From Octopus vulgaris (taxonomy: Eukaryota), in the NCBI GenBank assembly GCA_951406725.2, contig OX597831.1:59210001-59274000 (forward strand): DNA of 64,000 nucleotides. The letters are read 5' to 3'. Positions within the stretch are counted from its first letter, which is position 1. Each line of letters opens with the position of its first letter. A model generated the notes under the pieces. The model was not told the origin of the DNA and did no database searches. It saw nothing but the letters and a program-made list of their open reading frames with translations. The position numbers and the translations under genes are program-made. Below, piece by piece: positions 1-11,984 of this stretch.

Positions 1-830
1 CAAGTATATATATGAGCTTTATATATAACTTATAGAGCAGAAAATGGAAGTATATCCGTTTTAAACATCGTTTGGCACCCCTTTCCGATGACCCATGGTA
101 ATACTTTTCTCGATAGATATTTACTAACATCAACGTTGGTGCTAATCTGATACAAACTGTGTATCCCATCTTTCTCTGCTTTATAAATATACATATTTCT
201 TTCGTACTGACATAAACATGCATCCAACCAAATATACATAAAGTACTAAACGCTCGCATACATACAAAACCACATTAGCACACACATACACTAATATTTA
301 TGTACAAATACATTTTTAAATGTCAGCAACCGACATAAAATTTCTTTTAAAATTTACAGTGATATTGTTGAAATGTAGAGAAATAGATCGAGCAATCAAA
401 ATTATTTATTACCAAATTACGAAACGATGAAAAAATAGAAATTCAAAAACCAAAGATTAAATGTGTTTCTTGATGCTAAAAATATATATTCATTAATAAA
501 TCATTTAAAATTTATTTTAGGATTATAGATTTATCGTAAAGATGTAACGCAGATAATATTAGTGTGTATAAACAAGTGGTTGAACTACTGAAATCGAATT
601 ACCCGAGAAAAAAGCCAAGTAATTTAACAATTCTTAAAAATACCATTTATCAACTGTATATATGAAATGGGCTGTTAGTCTTTGTGTATTTTTGCATATC
701 AATAGATGTATGATTATATATATATATTGGGGTGTTAATAGAGGTAGTCCTATATCAAAAAATAAAAACAACAACGATATGTACAATCTGTCGTAATGAG
801 TGGAGTTTACAATGCATATCCTATATATAT

Positions 831-1233
831 GGAGTGGCTGTGTGGTAAGTAGCTTGCTAACCAACCACATGGTTCCGGGTTCAGTCTCACTGCGTGGCAT
901 CTTGGGCAAGTGTCTTCTACTATAGCCACGGGCCGACCAATGCTTTGTGAGTGGATTTGGTAGACGGAAACTGAAAGAAGCCTGTCGTATATATGTGTAT
1001 ATATATGTATGTGTGTGTTTGTGTGTCTGTGTTTGTCCCCCTACCATTGCTTGACAACCGATGTTGGTGTGTTTACGTCCCCGTCACTTAGCGGTTCGGC
1101 AAAAGAAACCGATAGAATAAGTACTGGGCTTACAGAAGAATAAGTCCCGGGGTCGAGTTGTTCGACTAAAGGTGGTGCTCCAGCATTGCCGCAGTCAAAT
1201 GACTGAAACAAGTAAAAGAGTAAAAGAGTAAAG
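831..1233 (+). mobile_element. tRNA-derived SINE family A, full-length (Pol III head, internal TA/TG microsatellite, conserved 3' half, (AAAGAGT)n tail)
   Basis: A-box-like TGGCTGTGTGGTAAG, B-box-like GGTTCAGTC; about 10 further whole or partial copies in the window. Confidence 0.85.
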
Positions 1234-1294
1234 TGTATATATATATATATGCATGTGCGTGTGCGCCTCTGTGTGTGTCTGTGTGTGTCTGTGG

Positions 1295-1362
<68 letters not shown>

Positions 1363-2970
1363 GAAGAAATTATTAAGGCTAAGTTGAATTAGGTATTAAA
1401 TCTGAGGCCCCATGATTGTCCGGTATTATACAAACAGTTGGCCATTGAGTTGAATAAAATGCAAACAAGTAACAAGGATTTCAAGGGTTAGTGCATTTCT
1501 CCCTAAGTTCATCCTGCTACTATAATAGCAATAAACATGTAATTCGTTTCTTCTCCAGTTCAGATGAGAAGTTTTCTTAAAATTTTATATCGGAGTATTC
1601 CCTATCATGAAAACATATATGGTCTTATAAATATGAGAAAGGTGGTGAATTTCAAATTGATGTAATGCTCGAGTTGTTCGATTATATGGAATCGCCTGAA
1701 ACATCCGTAATTCATTAATAACATGGCATCTATGATACTTATAGGCTTTATATATATATATATATGAAAGAAGGTTTGAAAATGCAATTTCAAAATATGT
1801 TTATTCACTTGACCGGTTTCACTTTTTAGAAAAAGATTGTCAAGCGTAACATGTATAAGCTTTATTGTGTTAGGTACTGGTTGTCACAAAATATTACAAT
1901 ACATATAAACATTCTTTGATAATAACCAAAAAAGGTTACAAACAGTTTAGAAGGAAAAAATCTTGAGAACTTATTAAAAAGTTCATTAAAATATTGTGCA
2001 CAAAAAATTAAAATACATATAAACATGCTTTGATAATAATAAGAAAAGTTAAAAAACGGTTTACAGAAAAAAATCTTGAGAGATATAAGGATTTCATTAG
2101 AAGTCATGTTTGTTTGGAAGGATCTGTATATATATACAGAAAATATAAGTTCGAAAGGTCATATTTTGGTAGTATATATATACACAGAAGGAGATATATT
2201 TAGTTTACAAAGAATTTGGGATGAACTGACCTGTTTCACCATTTTATAGTAAAAGACTATTTTCTATTTCAAGGGACAGTTTAGGAGGTGTGTTTGGGTG
2301 GGGGAAAAGAAGAGCAATGTGGAATTGAACAGAAGTTTTTCTTTTTTCAAGATTCAGTGGTTTTGGGGATCGGTCTTTAGAGTGAGAATGGTGTGAGTGT
2401 GTGTCTCTGTGTGTGTGTATTTATATATACATGTGTTTGTGTTTGTCTGTGTGGGCCATTTTTTATTGGTCCCAGGGTTTATTGTGGTGTATGTAAATGA
2501 GTCTGTGGGTGTTTAATATTTGGTAGGATGGTGTGTGTATATGTGTGTGCATGTTTGTGTGTGTGTATATGTGTGGTTAATATTTGTCAGGGTGTTGTGT
2601 GTGCGCTAGTGTGTGTATATGTTTCTTCGCATGTGTGTATATGTGCGTCTGTGGGTCGTGTGTATGCTTGTGTATTTTAGTGTTGGTAGGGATGTTGTGT
2701 GTGTGTGTATGAATGTGTGTGTGTATCTCTGTCTTAATATGTTTGTGCTGTTATGATTGTCTTGGTGTTGTGTGTGTATTTATGAGTGTGATTGATATTT
2801 GTTATAGTGTTGTGTGTGCCCATGTGTGTGCTTATGTGTTTGTTCGCGTGTGTGTATGTGTGCGCCTGTATGTGCGCGCGTGTATGCTTAAGTGTTTTTT
2901 GTGTTGGTGGGGATGTTATGTGTCTGTATGTGTGTTTTGTGTCTGTGTATATATGTGTGTGTGCATATGC

Positions 2971-3517
<547 letters not shown>

Positions 3518-3530
3518 GTTTAAATATTTG

Positions 3531-4018
3531 TTGTGCAAGATTTTTTATGTGAAGTCGTGTGTTGAAACAGATATTGTTATATTTCGGAATGGTCATATTG
3601 CCAGTTTAGCCAATAAAAACACACGCACTATATATTTGGTGTTATTTTTTGCTTCAGTGATATTTATTTTTTACATTAATCTTAATCTTATTTCGGCCAA
3701 AGTTCTTTCGTCACACTCCTGTGACCGCATCAGTGGTCCTTTGTTTTCTTCTCACTTACTTGTGTCTCTCCTTACTAACCGTCAGCCATTTTGTATTTCT
3801 ATTGTCTGACGGTTAGTAAGGAGAGACACAAGTAAGTGAGAAGAAAACAAAGGATCACTGATGCGGTCACAGGAGTGTGACGAAAGAACTTTGGCCGAAA
3901 TAAGATTAAGATTAATGTAAAAAATAAATATCACTGAAGCAAAATAACACCAAATATATAGTGCGTGTGTTTTTATTGGCTAAACTGGCAATATGACCAT
4001 TCCGAAATATAACAATAT
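3531..4018. mobile_element. Penelope-type pLTR-like repeat (family F) forming a 215-bp inverted repeat, with an HHR-like motif in each arm
   Basis: Arms 3571-3785 and 3806-4018 are near-perfect reverse complements with a 20-nt spacer; CTGATGC-G-GTCAC..GTGAC-GAA motif. Confidence 0.65.
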
Positions 4019-4039
4019 ATATATATATATATATATATA

Positions 4040-4243
4040 GGGAGATGTACTCGCATAGCAAGTAATTTGATCTGAGATCGTGTGCTGAAACGAAAACAAT
4101 TGCAGCGTGGAAGGTGTTTATAAGCCATTTAAGAAACACACAAAAGCCGTTCGATTCACTTCAACATTTAAGTTTAATTTGTCAAAATATTTTCGTCGCT
4201 AAAATCCGCGACCTGTTCACTGACAAAAATCTGTGCTGCATCT
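4040..4243 (-). mobile_element. Penelope-type pLTR-like repeat (family E)
   Basis: Copies at 18583-18788, 52415-52610 and 62250-62545; contains an HHR-like fold. Confidence 0.65.
4179..4226 (-). ncRNA. Minimal type-I hammerhead-like motif, G3-C8 core variant
   Basis: ttgtca-GTGAACA-G-GTCGC(ggatttta)GCGAC-GAA-AATATT-T-tgacaa. Confidence 0.6.
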
Positions 4244-4284
4244 GAAAAAGTAACAGTTAGTTCGTCATATATATGTACGTATGT

Positions 4285-5450
4285 ATGTGTGTATGTATGG
4301 ATACATGTGTTTATGTATGTACGTATGCATGTACGTACATACGCCTGTGTATGCATGTATGTATGTATGTATGTATATATGTATGTGTGTGTATATGCAC
4401 GCGCATACACTCTATAAACATAAAGCTATAAACCTGTAGCGATGGATAGATGTAGAGTGACCACTCATCACAATACTATCAAATTTCAACTTCCTCCGGC
4501 CGAAGCTTGGAAGTGATTTACGACCCTTACTCCCAAAACTATACCCTAAAACCTATTATCAGATCTTTATCTCTATATCACAGAACTTTTGTTTTACTAT
4601 TGTGCGTATGTATGTATGTATGTGCGTATGTATGTATGTATGTATGTATGTATGCGTGTATGTATGTGTGTATGTACATACGTACGCATGCGCGTATGCA
4701 TGTATACGCACACGTATGCGTGTGCCCATGTATGTGTGTGCGTACATGTACGTGCGTATGTACCTGTGTATGCCCATACGTAGGTATGTATGTATGTTTG
4801 TACTCATGTGCTACGTATGTATGTGAGTGTCTAGGAGAATGGGCAGACGTGTCTGTGAGAGTGTGTACATGTGTATGTGTATGTGAACGTATGTCCGTGT
4901 ACTGGCATGTAACGATAACAGGAGATTTCACGGAGTAATGTTCGTTGACGCCACACCTAAGAACGAGCTAAGTAAGGCATTCAAGAAAATCCTGCGCACT
5001 ACGGGCCTAAAAATTAAAGTTGTAGAAAAGACAGGTAGGACAATCAAATCGGCTTTATGCAGATCATATCCATTTGTCAAAGTAATAGTGCAGTATGTTC
5101 GACAAATCCACATGTAAATTGTAAAACCAAGGGCACTGTATTCCAGATTAAGTGCCAGGAGGGAGCTTGCGCGACTAACCTAGAGTCATACATAGGTGAG
5201 ACTTCTAGAAGCATCAATGATAGGTTCAAAGCTTCGGCCGGAGGAAGTTGAAATTTGATAGTATTGTGATGAGTGGTCACTCTACATCTATCCATCGCTA
5301 CAGGTTTATAGCTTTATGTTTATAGAGTGTATGTGCGTGCATATACACACACATACATATATACATACATACATACATACATGCATACACAGGCGTATGT
5401 ACGTACATGTATACGTACATACATACACACATGTATCCATACATACACAC
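4285..5450. repeat. ~225-bp inverted repeats (4285-4508 and 5229-5450) flanking the GIY-YIG fragment
   Basis: Reverse-complement identity with about 3 mismatches, including the degenerate microsatellite part. Confidence 0.9.
4925..5230 (+). mobile_element. Penelope-like element fragment: Cys-rich linker and GIY-YIG endonuclease N-terminus (frameshifted)
   Basis: VMFVDATPKNELSKAFKKILRTTGLKIKVVEKTGRTIKSAL / NCKTKGTVFQIKC..YIGETSRSINDRFK. Confidence 0.8.
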
Positions 5451-5721
5451 ATTGTTATTGGTTGTTATTATTGTTATTGTTGTCTGTAAGGGAGGTAACT
5501 GTTTAGGTTTTGGGTGGGGAAAAATATGTGTACAGAAAGGAGACCGGTTTTAAAAAAAGGGGGCCTTGTTTAGTAGGGGATTTATGTACAGTGATGTAAT
5601 ATGTAAGAATATAAAAATTGGTTATGCGTGCTTATTCAGACGGGTTTTGTATTTTTCAATGAAAAAGTTTCTTTATTTAAGCAAGTGTGCGTATATTTCG
5701 TTATATATTTTTGAAAATGAA

Positions 5722-5758
<37 letters not shown>

Positions 5759-5989
5759 ATGAATGAGAGAAAAACGATGGGGAAGAAAACAGTATAGAGT
5801 AGAGGCGCATCAAAATATTAAGATAAACTTATTGGGAAAGGAAGCGTGGCGTTCACTCAAATAATAAAATAAATAATATATATGTATATATTTATATGCA
5901 TATATAAATATAATCGCTGCTGCTAGGTGTCAATTCCTTATTGCTAGCGCTATTATTATTATTTTTTTAGGTCCTTTGGTTGAGCTGTA

Positions 5990-6250
5990 ATTCTTGTTGT
6001 TGTTTCTATGTCTTACTGCTTGGTCTTTCGTTACTAGTTCTCTTCTGATCTGCTCCAAATCAATCATCCACTTACTCCTCCTAACAGCATTACCTTAATT
6101 TATTAATCTCTGCTCAGTCACTTTTAACACTCCCTTCTCTAACCAATGTATGAACAATCGTTTTCTATAGTCCTTTCTTTTCGGTTCACTTTCTAATTAG
6201 CACTGCGTCACCATCCGGTTTTTTTCGCTGGTCCACTCCCTGCTCCTTAC
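5990..6250 (-). mobile_element. R4/Dong-like LINE N-terminal fragment (degenerate)
   Basis: KDYRKRLFIHWLEKGVLKVTEQRLIN*GNAVRRSKWMIDLEQIRRE resembles the Dong ORF N-terminus. Confidence 0.55.
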
Positions 6251-6379
6251 TCTATTATTTGCTGATTCTGTATTGGAATTACAGCTGAGGTTATTCTGCA
6301 TCTTTACTGAAGCACTGTCGAAGGAGAGGCCGTGTCATGTGGGTGAGCAGCACTTGTCTAGTCGTCATTATGCGACTGC

Positions 6380-8190
6380 CAGAACAATATGGCAAAGAAT
6401 ATAGCTGTCGTGGAATGCTATCTTTTGGGCAGAACCGTTGATGATGACAGGAAGTCCATAAGAGTGTATAGAAAGAGACTGCAGGGCATCGAGATAGAGA
6501 CTCAGGGCTTAGGTGGAACAGAGACTGTGTGGCCAGGCAACGATAATATTGTTAGAACTTGAAGAATAGGTTACGAATTAAAACACAGTGATTGAAGATA
6601 AAATGGATGGGGAGAATGCTGAGGAGATTATGTTGAATGAAGCTATCCAGGAGAATGAATTTGGTTTTAGTGTTGAGAATGTAAAATGACTGAGTAATGA
6701 CCATAGAGGAATGATCGAACAGATCACTGGTAACATTGAGAAAAGTCTAGATATGGAAGTAAATAAATTCAAGAACGTAGATAGAATTTTGCACAGGGGA
6801 TGGACTCGCAAAGTGAATAAAATACTGAGGACATTAAGACGGATAATATCACTGGAATGGTTAGCTTGATTAAATCTTGTATGATTTACATAGGAAAGAA
6901 AGTAGGCCTTCAACCAAATCTTAACAGAGTAAATGTAGCAAAATAATTTTTGTTGAAAAGAAGGATAAAGCAATCAATGAACGAAATATAAAAACATATC
7001 GACATCCTGGAAACAAAGAAACAAGGTGAAATCAGGAAGAAGGAGAGCTATCAGCAACTAAAACATAGATATAGGATAAAGGAAATGGAGTCAAATATAA
7101 AGCTAAGATATAAAGCTGTCGGCTAAGATGAAGAGATATGATCGTAAAATTGAACACTATAAGATCAATAAATTGTTCCAAAGGATCAGAAAAGCGTTTA
7201 TCGGCATCTGAACAGAAAAATTTAACAGCATTCAGAAACCTCACCGAAGGAAATAAGAGGTTTTGGAGTAAAATTTGGGATAACGAAAGGAAGCATAAGA
7301 AATAAGATGAATGGTTGAAGGAATTCACATTGGGGATAATTGAAATGAAACCGAACAATAAAAAGGATATCAATTTAATTACTGACCGAGTTAGCAACAA
7401 AGGTACCAAACTGGAAATGGCAAGGTCCGACGGCGAGCCAGGGTTGTGGCTGAAACGTTTTCCATCATAACCCGAAAGAATAATTGCACAAAGGGATGAA
7501 ATGATTAACAACAGAGTGGAAATCACAAAGTAGGTGACCATTGGGAAAATGGTCCTTTGCCAAAAGGAACTCGATTAAGGTAATGCAGTGGATATTCACC
7601 AGTCAATCTCCTGGTGGAGGCACATGGCCTGGTGGTTAGAGCAGCGGACTTCCGATCGAGGGTTCGCGGGTTCGAATCCCAGACCGGGCGATGTGTGTGT
7701 TTATGAGTGAAACACCTAAGCTCCACTCGGCTCCGGCAGAAGGTAATGACGAACTTCTGCTGAATCCTTCGCTACAACTTTCTCTCACTCTTTCCTCCTG
7801 CATCTTGCAGCTCACTGCAACGGACCAGCGTCCCGTCCAGGTGGGGAACCTATACGCCGAGGAAACCGGAAAACTGGCCCTTATGAGACAGGAATTGGAT
7901 CGAGAAGGAACGAACAAAAAAAAGTCAATTTCCTGTCTACCCTTGATGTAGAAGCTGGTGACAATAATAATGTCTAATTTTTTGTATGAATAATTGAAAT
8001 GAATGACAGGGTACCAGTGGAAGGGAAGGGTGCAGGAGAAAGAACCAAGAGACAACTTCTGATAGGCTTTAAGTAAAGACACACTAATCTGGATATGACA
8101 TCGATCAGTTACATGAAAGTTTATGACATGATTCCCCGTTCCTGGATCTTAGATGAAGTCTTGAATGGATGAGATAGACTACAAAATAAT
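6380..8190 (+). mobile_element. Degenerate R4/Dong-like LINE (N-terminus to the start of RT), interrupted by a SINE
   Basis: VVECYLLG...VYRKRL; FWSKIWD; NWKWQGP..GLWLKRF; YSP/ISCLPLM*KLVT; YMKVYDMIPRSWIL. Confidence 0.65.
7614..7922 (+). mobile_element. tRNA-derived SINE family B, full-length with a 13-bp TSD
   Basis: TGGCCTGGTGGTTAGAGC / GGTTCGAATCC boxes; TSD AGTCAAT(C/T)TCCTG at 7601-7613 and 7923-7935; A-rich tail. Confidence 0.88.
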
Positions 8191-9202
8191 ACTTACAGAT
8201 AAAGAAAAATCATCGCTATAAAGAAAACTTGCTGGAAATGCGTGAATATTGTGTAAGTTACTTTTTTTCCATTCCCGACATAAATGACATTTTAGTTTTA
8301 ATTCTTATTTGTCATGATGAAACGGATGTATTTTATACCGTAGAAAAACAATCGGTATGTTGGGAAACAGTTGTATCAGTAATCACAAATTTATGCAGTG
8401 TAAATTATATACCATAATATTTCAATTTCCAAAGTGTAATGAAATAAAGGTTTAGAATCGGCATTTAGTTAAACGCTTTAGTTGAAAATGCGATATGATA
8501 TCTACACAAAAATGCTGCTATATATTTAATGTAGTTTCCCTTTATAGACTAACAGTTAATGAAGTATCGTTAAGAATATGAGTGTTTTATGTACTATTTT
8601 CGATGGTATATTGGTACTGTTTTAAAAGCTTACCTGTTAGAGTAACCTTTAGCATTCGGATGTCAAACATTTATATAATCTGTGTGTAACGGTTAAAAAA
8701 GCTGGTGTGCTGTTAAACAAAGATAACGTAGTAAAGAAAATTCCCATCATATAGTTTTGTAGTTCGCATTTGCTCCCAATGTTATTCTATTTTAGTGTGT
8801 ATAAATTACTTATAATCATAAAAACCAATTCTTTCTCATAAAAGAACTTTCCATTCAGTTTATTCAGGACGTCTTCATAAAGCACCTACAATAACATGTT
8901 AAATAACCACTATTCTATAATAGATTTCTTTACTGATGTACAGGAAAACATTTAGTATCTATATAAACATATTCGGACAGCTAGCTAGATTATCCCTCTT
9001 ACAGAATTAATTGAAAAGAACATAGACCTTTGATGTGTCTGTTTTACATATTTTATATTTTCTAGAGTATACCTAAAGGGTATTTATTCAAAATAACATG
9101 AAACTTCTATCTCTTCTAAACTTTACCGCTAAAACATATCAGCATATTCTTTTGATTTTAATTTATTCACAACAGCAACACTTGCTCATGTTTACTTTTA
9201 TA

Positions 9203-10737
9203 TAAATAAACTTAGATAAACTTAGATATGTTTCGACCAAAGATTGGTCCAGGCCATGTCTAACTTAATAGCACCACCTGATAGGATTATTCGAATATTG
9301 TTTAAGTCAAGTTTTGTTTAAGTCAAGTTTTGTTTTGTTCAAGTAGTGAGTTCTTGTTGGGTTGAGTTGTATCAAGTTTTGTTCAAGTAGTGAGTTCTTG
9401 TTGGGTGAGTTGTATCCAATTATGGGTGGCTTATCTGGTATTCTTTGAAGGAATCTATCCACACTCCGTTTAAAGTTGATGGGATCCTTTTCCTCTTTGA
9501 TCTCCCTCGGGACAATATTAAATAGGGCAGGGCCTGTTGAGGAAAATAAATTATGTTGCAGTGTACATGTATGTTGTGATCTTGAATTGGGCAGGGACGT
9601 ATGGCCCGTGGTCCCAGTCTTAGATGAACCTTGAAGCTAATGTTAAGGTCGTTTGGGCAAAGTTGGCGGTATATTCTCCACATCGTACAGATGATGTACC
9701 GCTCACGGTGACGCTGGAGGGAGTAAAGTTTCAAGGCTTTAAGGCGATCCCAATAATCGAGAGCAGCCATGCCTTCAATTCGTTTAGTGAGTGCCCTCTG
9801 GGGTGACTCAATTCTGGAGATGTTTTGTCTTGTATGGGGAGACCACATTGGGCAGCAGTATTCAAGGTGTGGCCGTACAAAGGAGGAAAAAAGTGGTATG
9901 ATGACACCTTGTTCTCTGGACCGGAAAGTTCTTAAGATCCAGGAAGTCATCCTACGAGCTATATCGACCTTCTTGTTGATGTGTGCACTCCAACTGAGAT
10001 CGTCATCAACAATTACACCCAGGTCTCTGATATTGTTAGAGGCTGTGAGCGGTTCCCCTGAAGGAAGAGAGTATGGTTGTTTTAGTGAGGAATTTCTTCC
10101 AAAATGCATCAGCTCAAATTTTCCCTCATTCAGTTTCATTTTGTTTCTGTCTGCCCATTGACTCACAGCATATAGATCAGACTGGAGTTGAGTTCGGTCT
10201 GCTTCTTCATTGACGATTTGCTGGAGCTTAGTGTCATCAGCAAATATTTTCTCTTTGCAGTAATGTACGACACTGGAAAGGTCGTTTATGTAAATTATGA
10301 AGAGTAGCGGACCCAAAACAGTCCCCTGGGGAACACCGCTGGTGACTTCTACTGAGCTTGAGTGGACTTCATCAACCAGGAAATACTTAATCCAGTGTAG
10401 AACTTATCCACGGATTCCAACATTTGCCAATTTTGAGAGTAGGATATTATGGTCTACCCTGTCGAGCGCTTTACTGAAATCAAGGTATATGATGTCAGAG
10501 TTCGAACCTGTTCCCAAGGCTTTGAGTACATCTTCAATGTGATGTAAGAGCTGTGTTAGACAGCCCCTGCCACAGCGAAAGCCATGCTGATTTGCATTTA
10601 GGAGTTTGTGGGTCTCCAGGAAGTCAGCTATCCTTGATCTTACCACTCTTTCAAACACTTTAATGATGTGGGAGGTGAGTGAGATTGGGCGATAGTTGAC
10701 TGCGAGGGATCTGTTTCCCTGTTTGAAAACCGGGATA
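9203..10737 (-). mobile_element. 5'-truncated CR1-type (Jockey group) LINE: reverse transcriptase pseudogene and 3' UTR
   Basis: NYRPISLTS, QHGF, YLDFSKALDRVDH, SGVPQGTVLGPLLFIIYIND, FADDTK, RDLGV, VRPHLEYC; 3' stem-loop GACCAA-TCT-TTGGTC and (ATCTAAGTTT)2 tail; in-frame stop and deletion near 10380-10405. Confidence 0.92.
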
Positions 10738-11689
10738 GACAGTTGATTTGCACTGTACGATGTCTTACATATACTTGGTCTCGCATTTCATACATTATAA
10801 CTTACCAATGCTGAAGGGAGCGAATTTATCAATTCATTCACATTTTGCGGTAAGCTCAAATAAAATTGTCATTAAAAGTTTTCCCCTTAAACCAGAAAGC
10901 ACGTCATCGAATTACTGAGATGGATGGCAAAAAAGTCTTACTAAAAATGATAGAAAATGAAAATATTGCTTTTAATACAAATTACGTGTCTCAAAACAGA
11001 TTTTGTTCTGTTACTCGAATATGGTCTGCGTATGATAATTGTATATAAAATATTAGTTGCAAAAAAATGTAAAAAATAAAACATTTAGAATTCACAGTAA
11101 TTATTCCATCAATGTCTAAATCCCAAAAGAAGTGAAAAATCAAAATAAGATTAAAATATCGTTCCATCAAATAAGACCAAAATCACGATGAAGCTCAGAA
11201 ACATTCCTGCCACAATTTTCTACATTATAATATGACAAAAACCTACAGTTAGAAATAGGAATATTTTTAATAGCATTTGCACTTAAAAAAAAAAGTCACC
11301 GGTTCTTGAAATTGACGTAAGAGCTGAAATAATGGTGCCCATTAACTGTAATTTCACCTTGAAGAAAAATGCAAGATTGCAATTAACATATAACTAATCT
11401 CATTGATTTGTCACGGTTTTTCAAACCCACTTAGCTGGTGTAGAAAACATAATTACTTGTAATTATGAGAATTGTTTACACTTCAAGGTGATTCTAATTT
11501 ATCATTATGAAGTATCGACTACAAAGTTTTCATATCTATACAGTTTAAAACTAAGTGGAGTAACTAAACTTTTCCTATTTGTGATTTTTATACAAAAATC
11601 TTTAGACTTTTCTTTAATATACTATGAATACAAATTCTTCGCCTTCTCACGTTCTAGACCATTATAATTCATATAATATTGCGTTGTTT

Positions 11690-11915
11690 CAAAATTATTT
11701 GCAATATTTTGGTAATTCATTTGCTTTTTCGTCAAAATCAACATAACATTCAAAATAGAGCCTTAAAATCGTACCGTCCGAGTCACCTTTTTAAACAGTT
11801 CTTTGATCCCAATCTGATACCAGTTCTTGTCTTTCGATGTGGAAAATTTCTTTACACAAGCTTCCGCTTCCTCTTGATTGATGAAGCGTCGTGAGCGCAG
11901 GAAGTGAGCCATGAG
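11690..11915 (-). mobile_element. mariner transposon right end (transposase C-terminus and subterminal sequence)
   Basis: MAHFLRSRRFINQEEAEACVKKFSTSKDKNWYQIGIKEL. Confidence 0.75.
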
Positions 11916-11984
11916 TTAGAACAAGTAATAGTTCGAGGGAAATAATTTTCCGCAAACCTAATGTGCATAAGTAATGGTGAAACA

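Noticed and set aside
634-1047. Recurrent peptide RASFSFRLPNPLT..WSARGYSRRHLPK (also at 26550, 46207, 47976)
   Set aside because: Antisense reading of SINE family A, not a gene family
6578-7541. Hydrophobic minus-strand ORFs (131 and 169 aa)
   Set aside because: Antisense to the A-rich degenerate Dong-like LINE
7617-7690. Possible tRNA genes (also at 3121, 12480, 50058, 57815)
   Set aside because: The tRNA-like heads run into SINE bodies, several with tails and TSDs; acceptor stems are imperfect
9295-9418. Short direct repeats that superficially resemble a repeat-spacer array
   Set aside because: Local tandem duplications in a LINE 3' UTR; eukaryotic context, no CRISPR features
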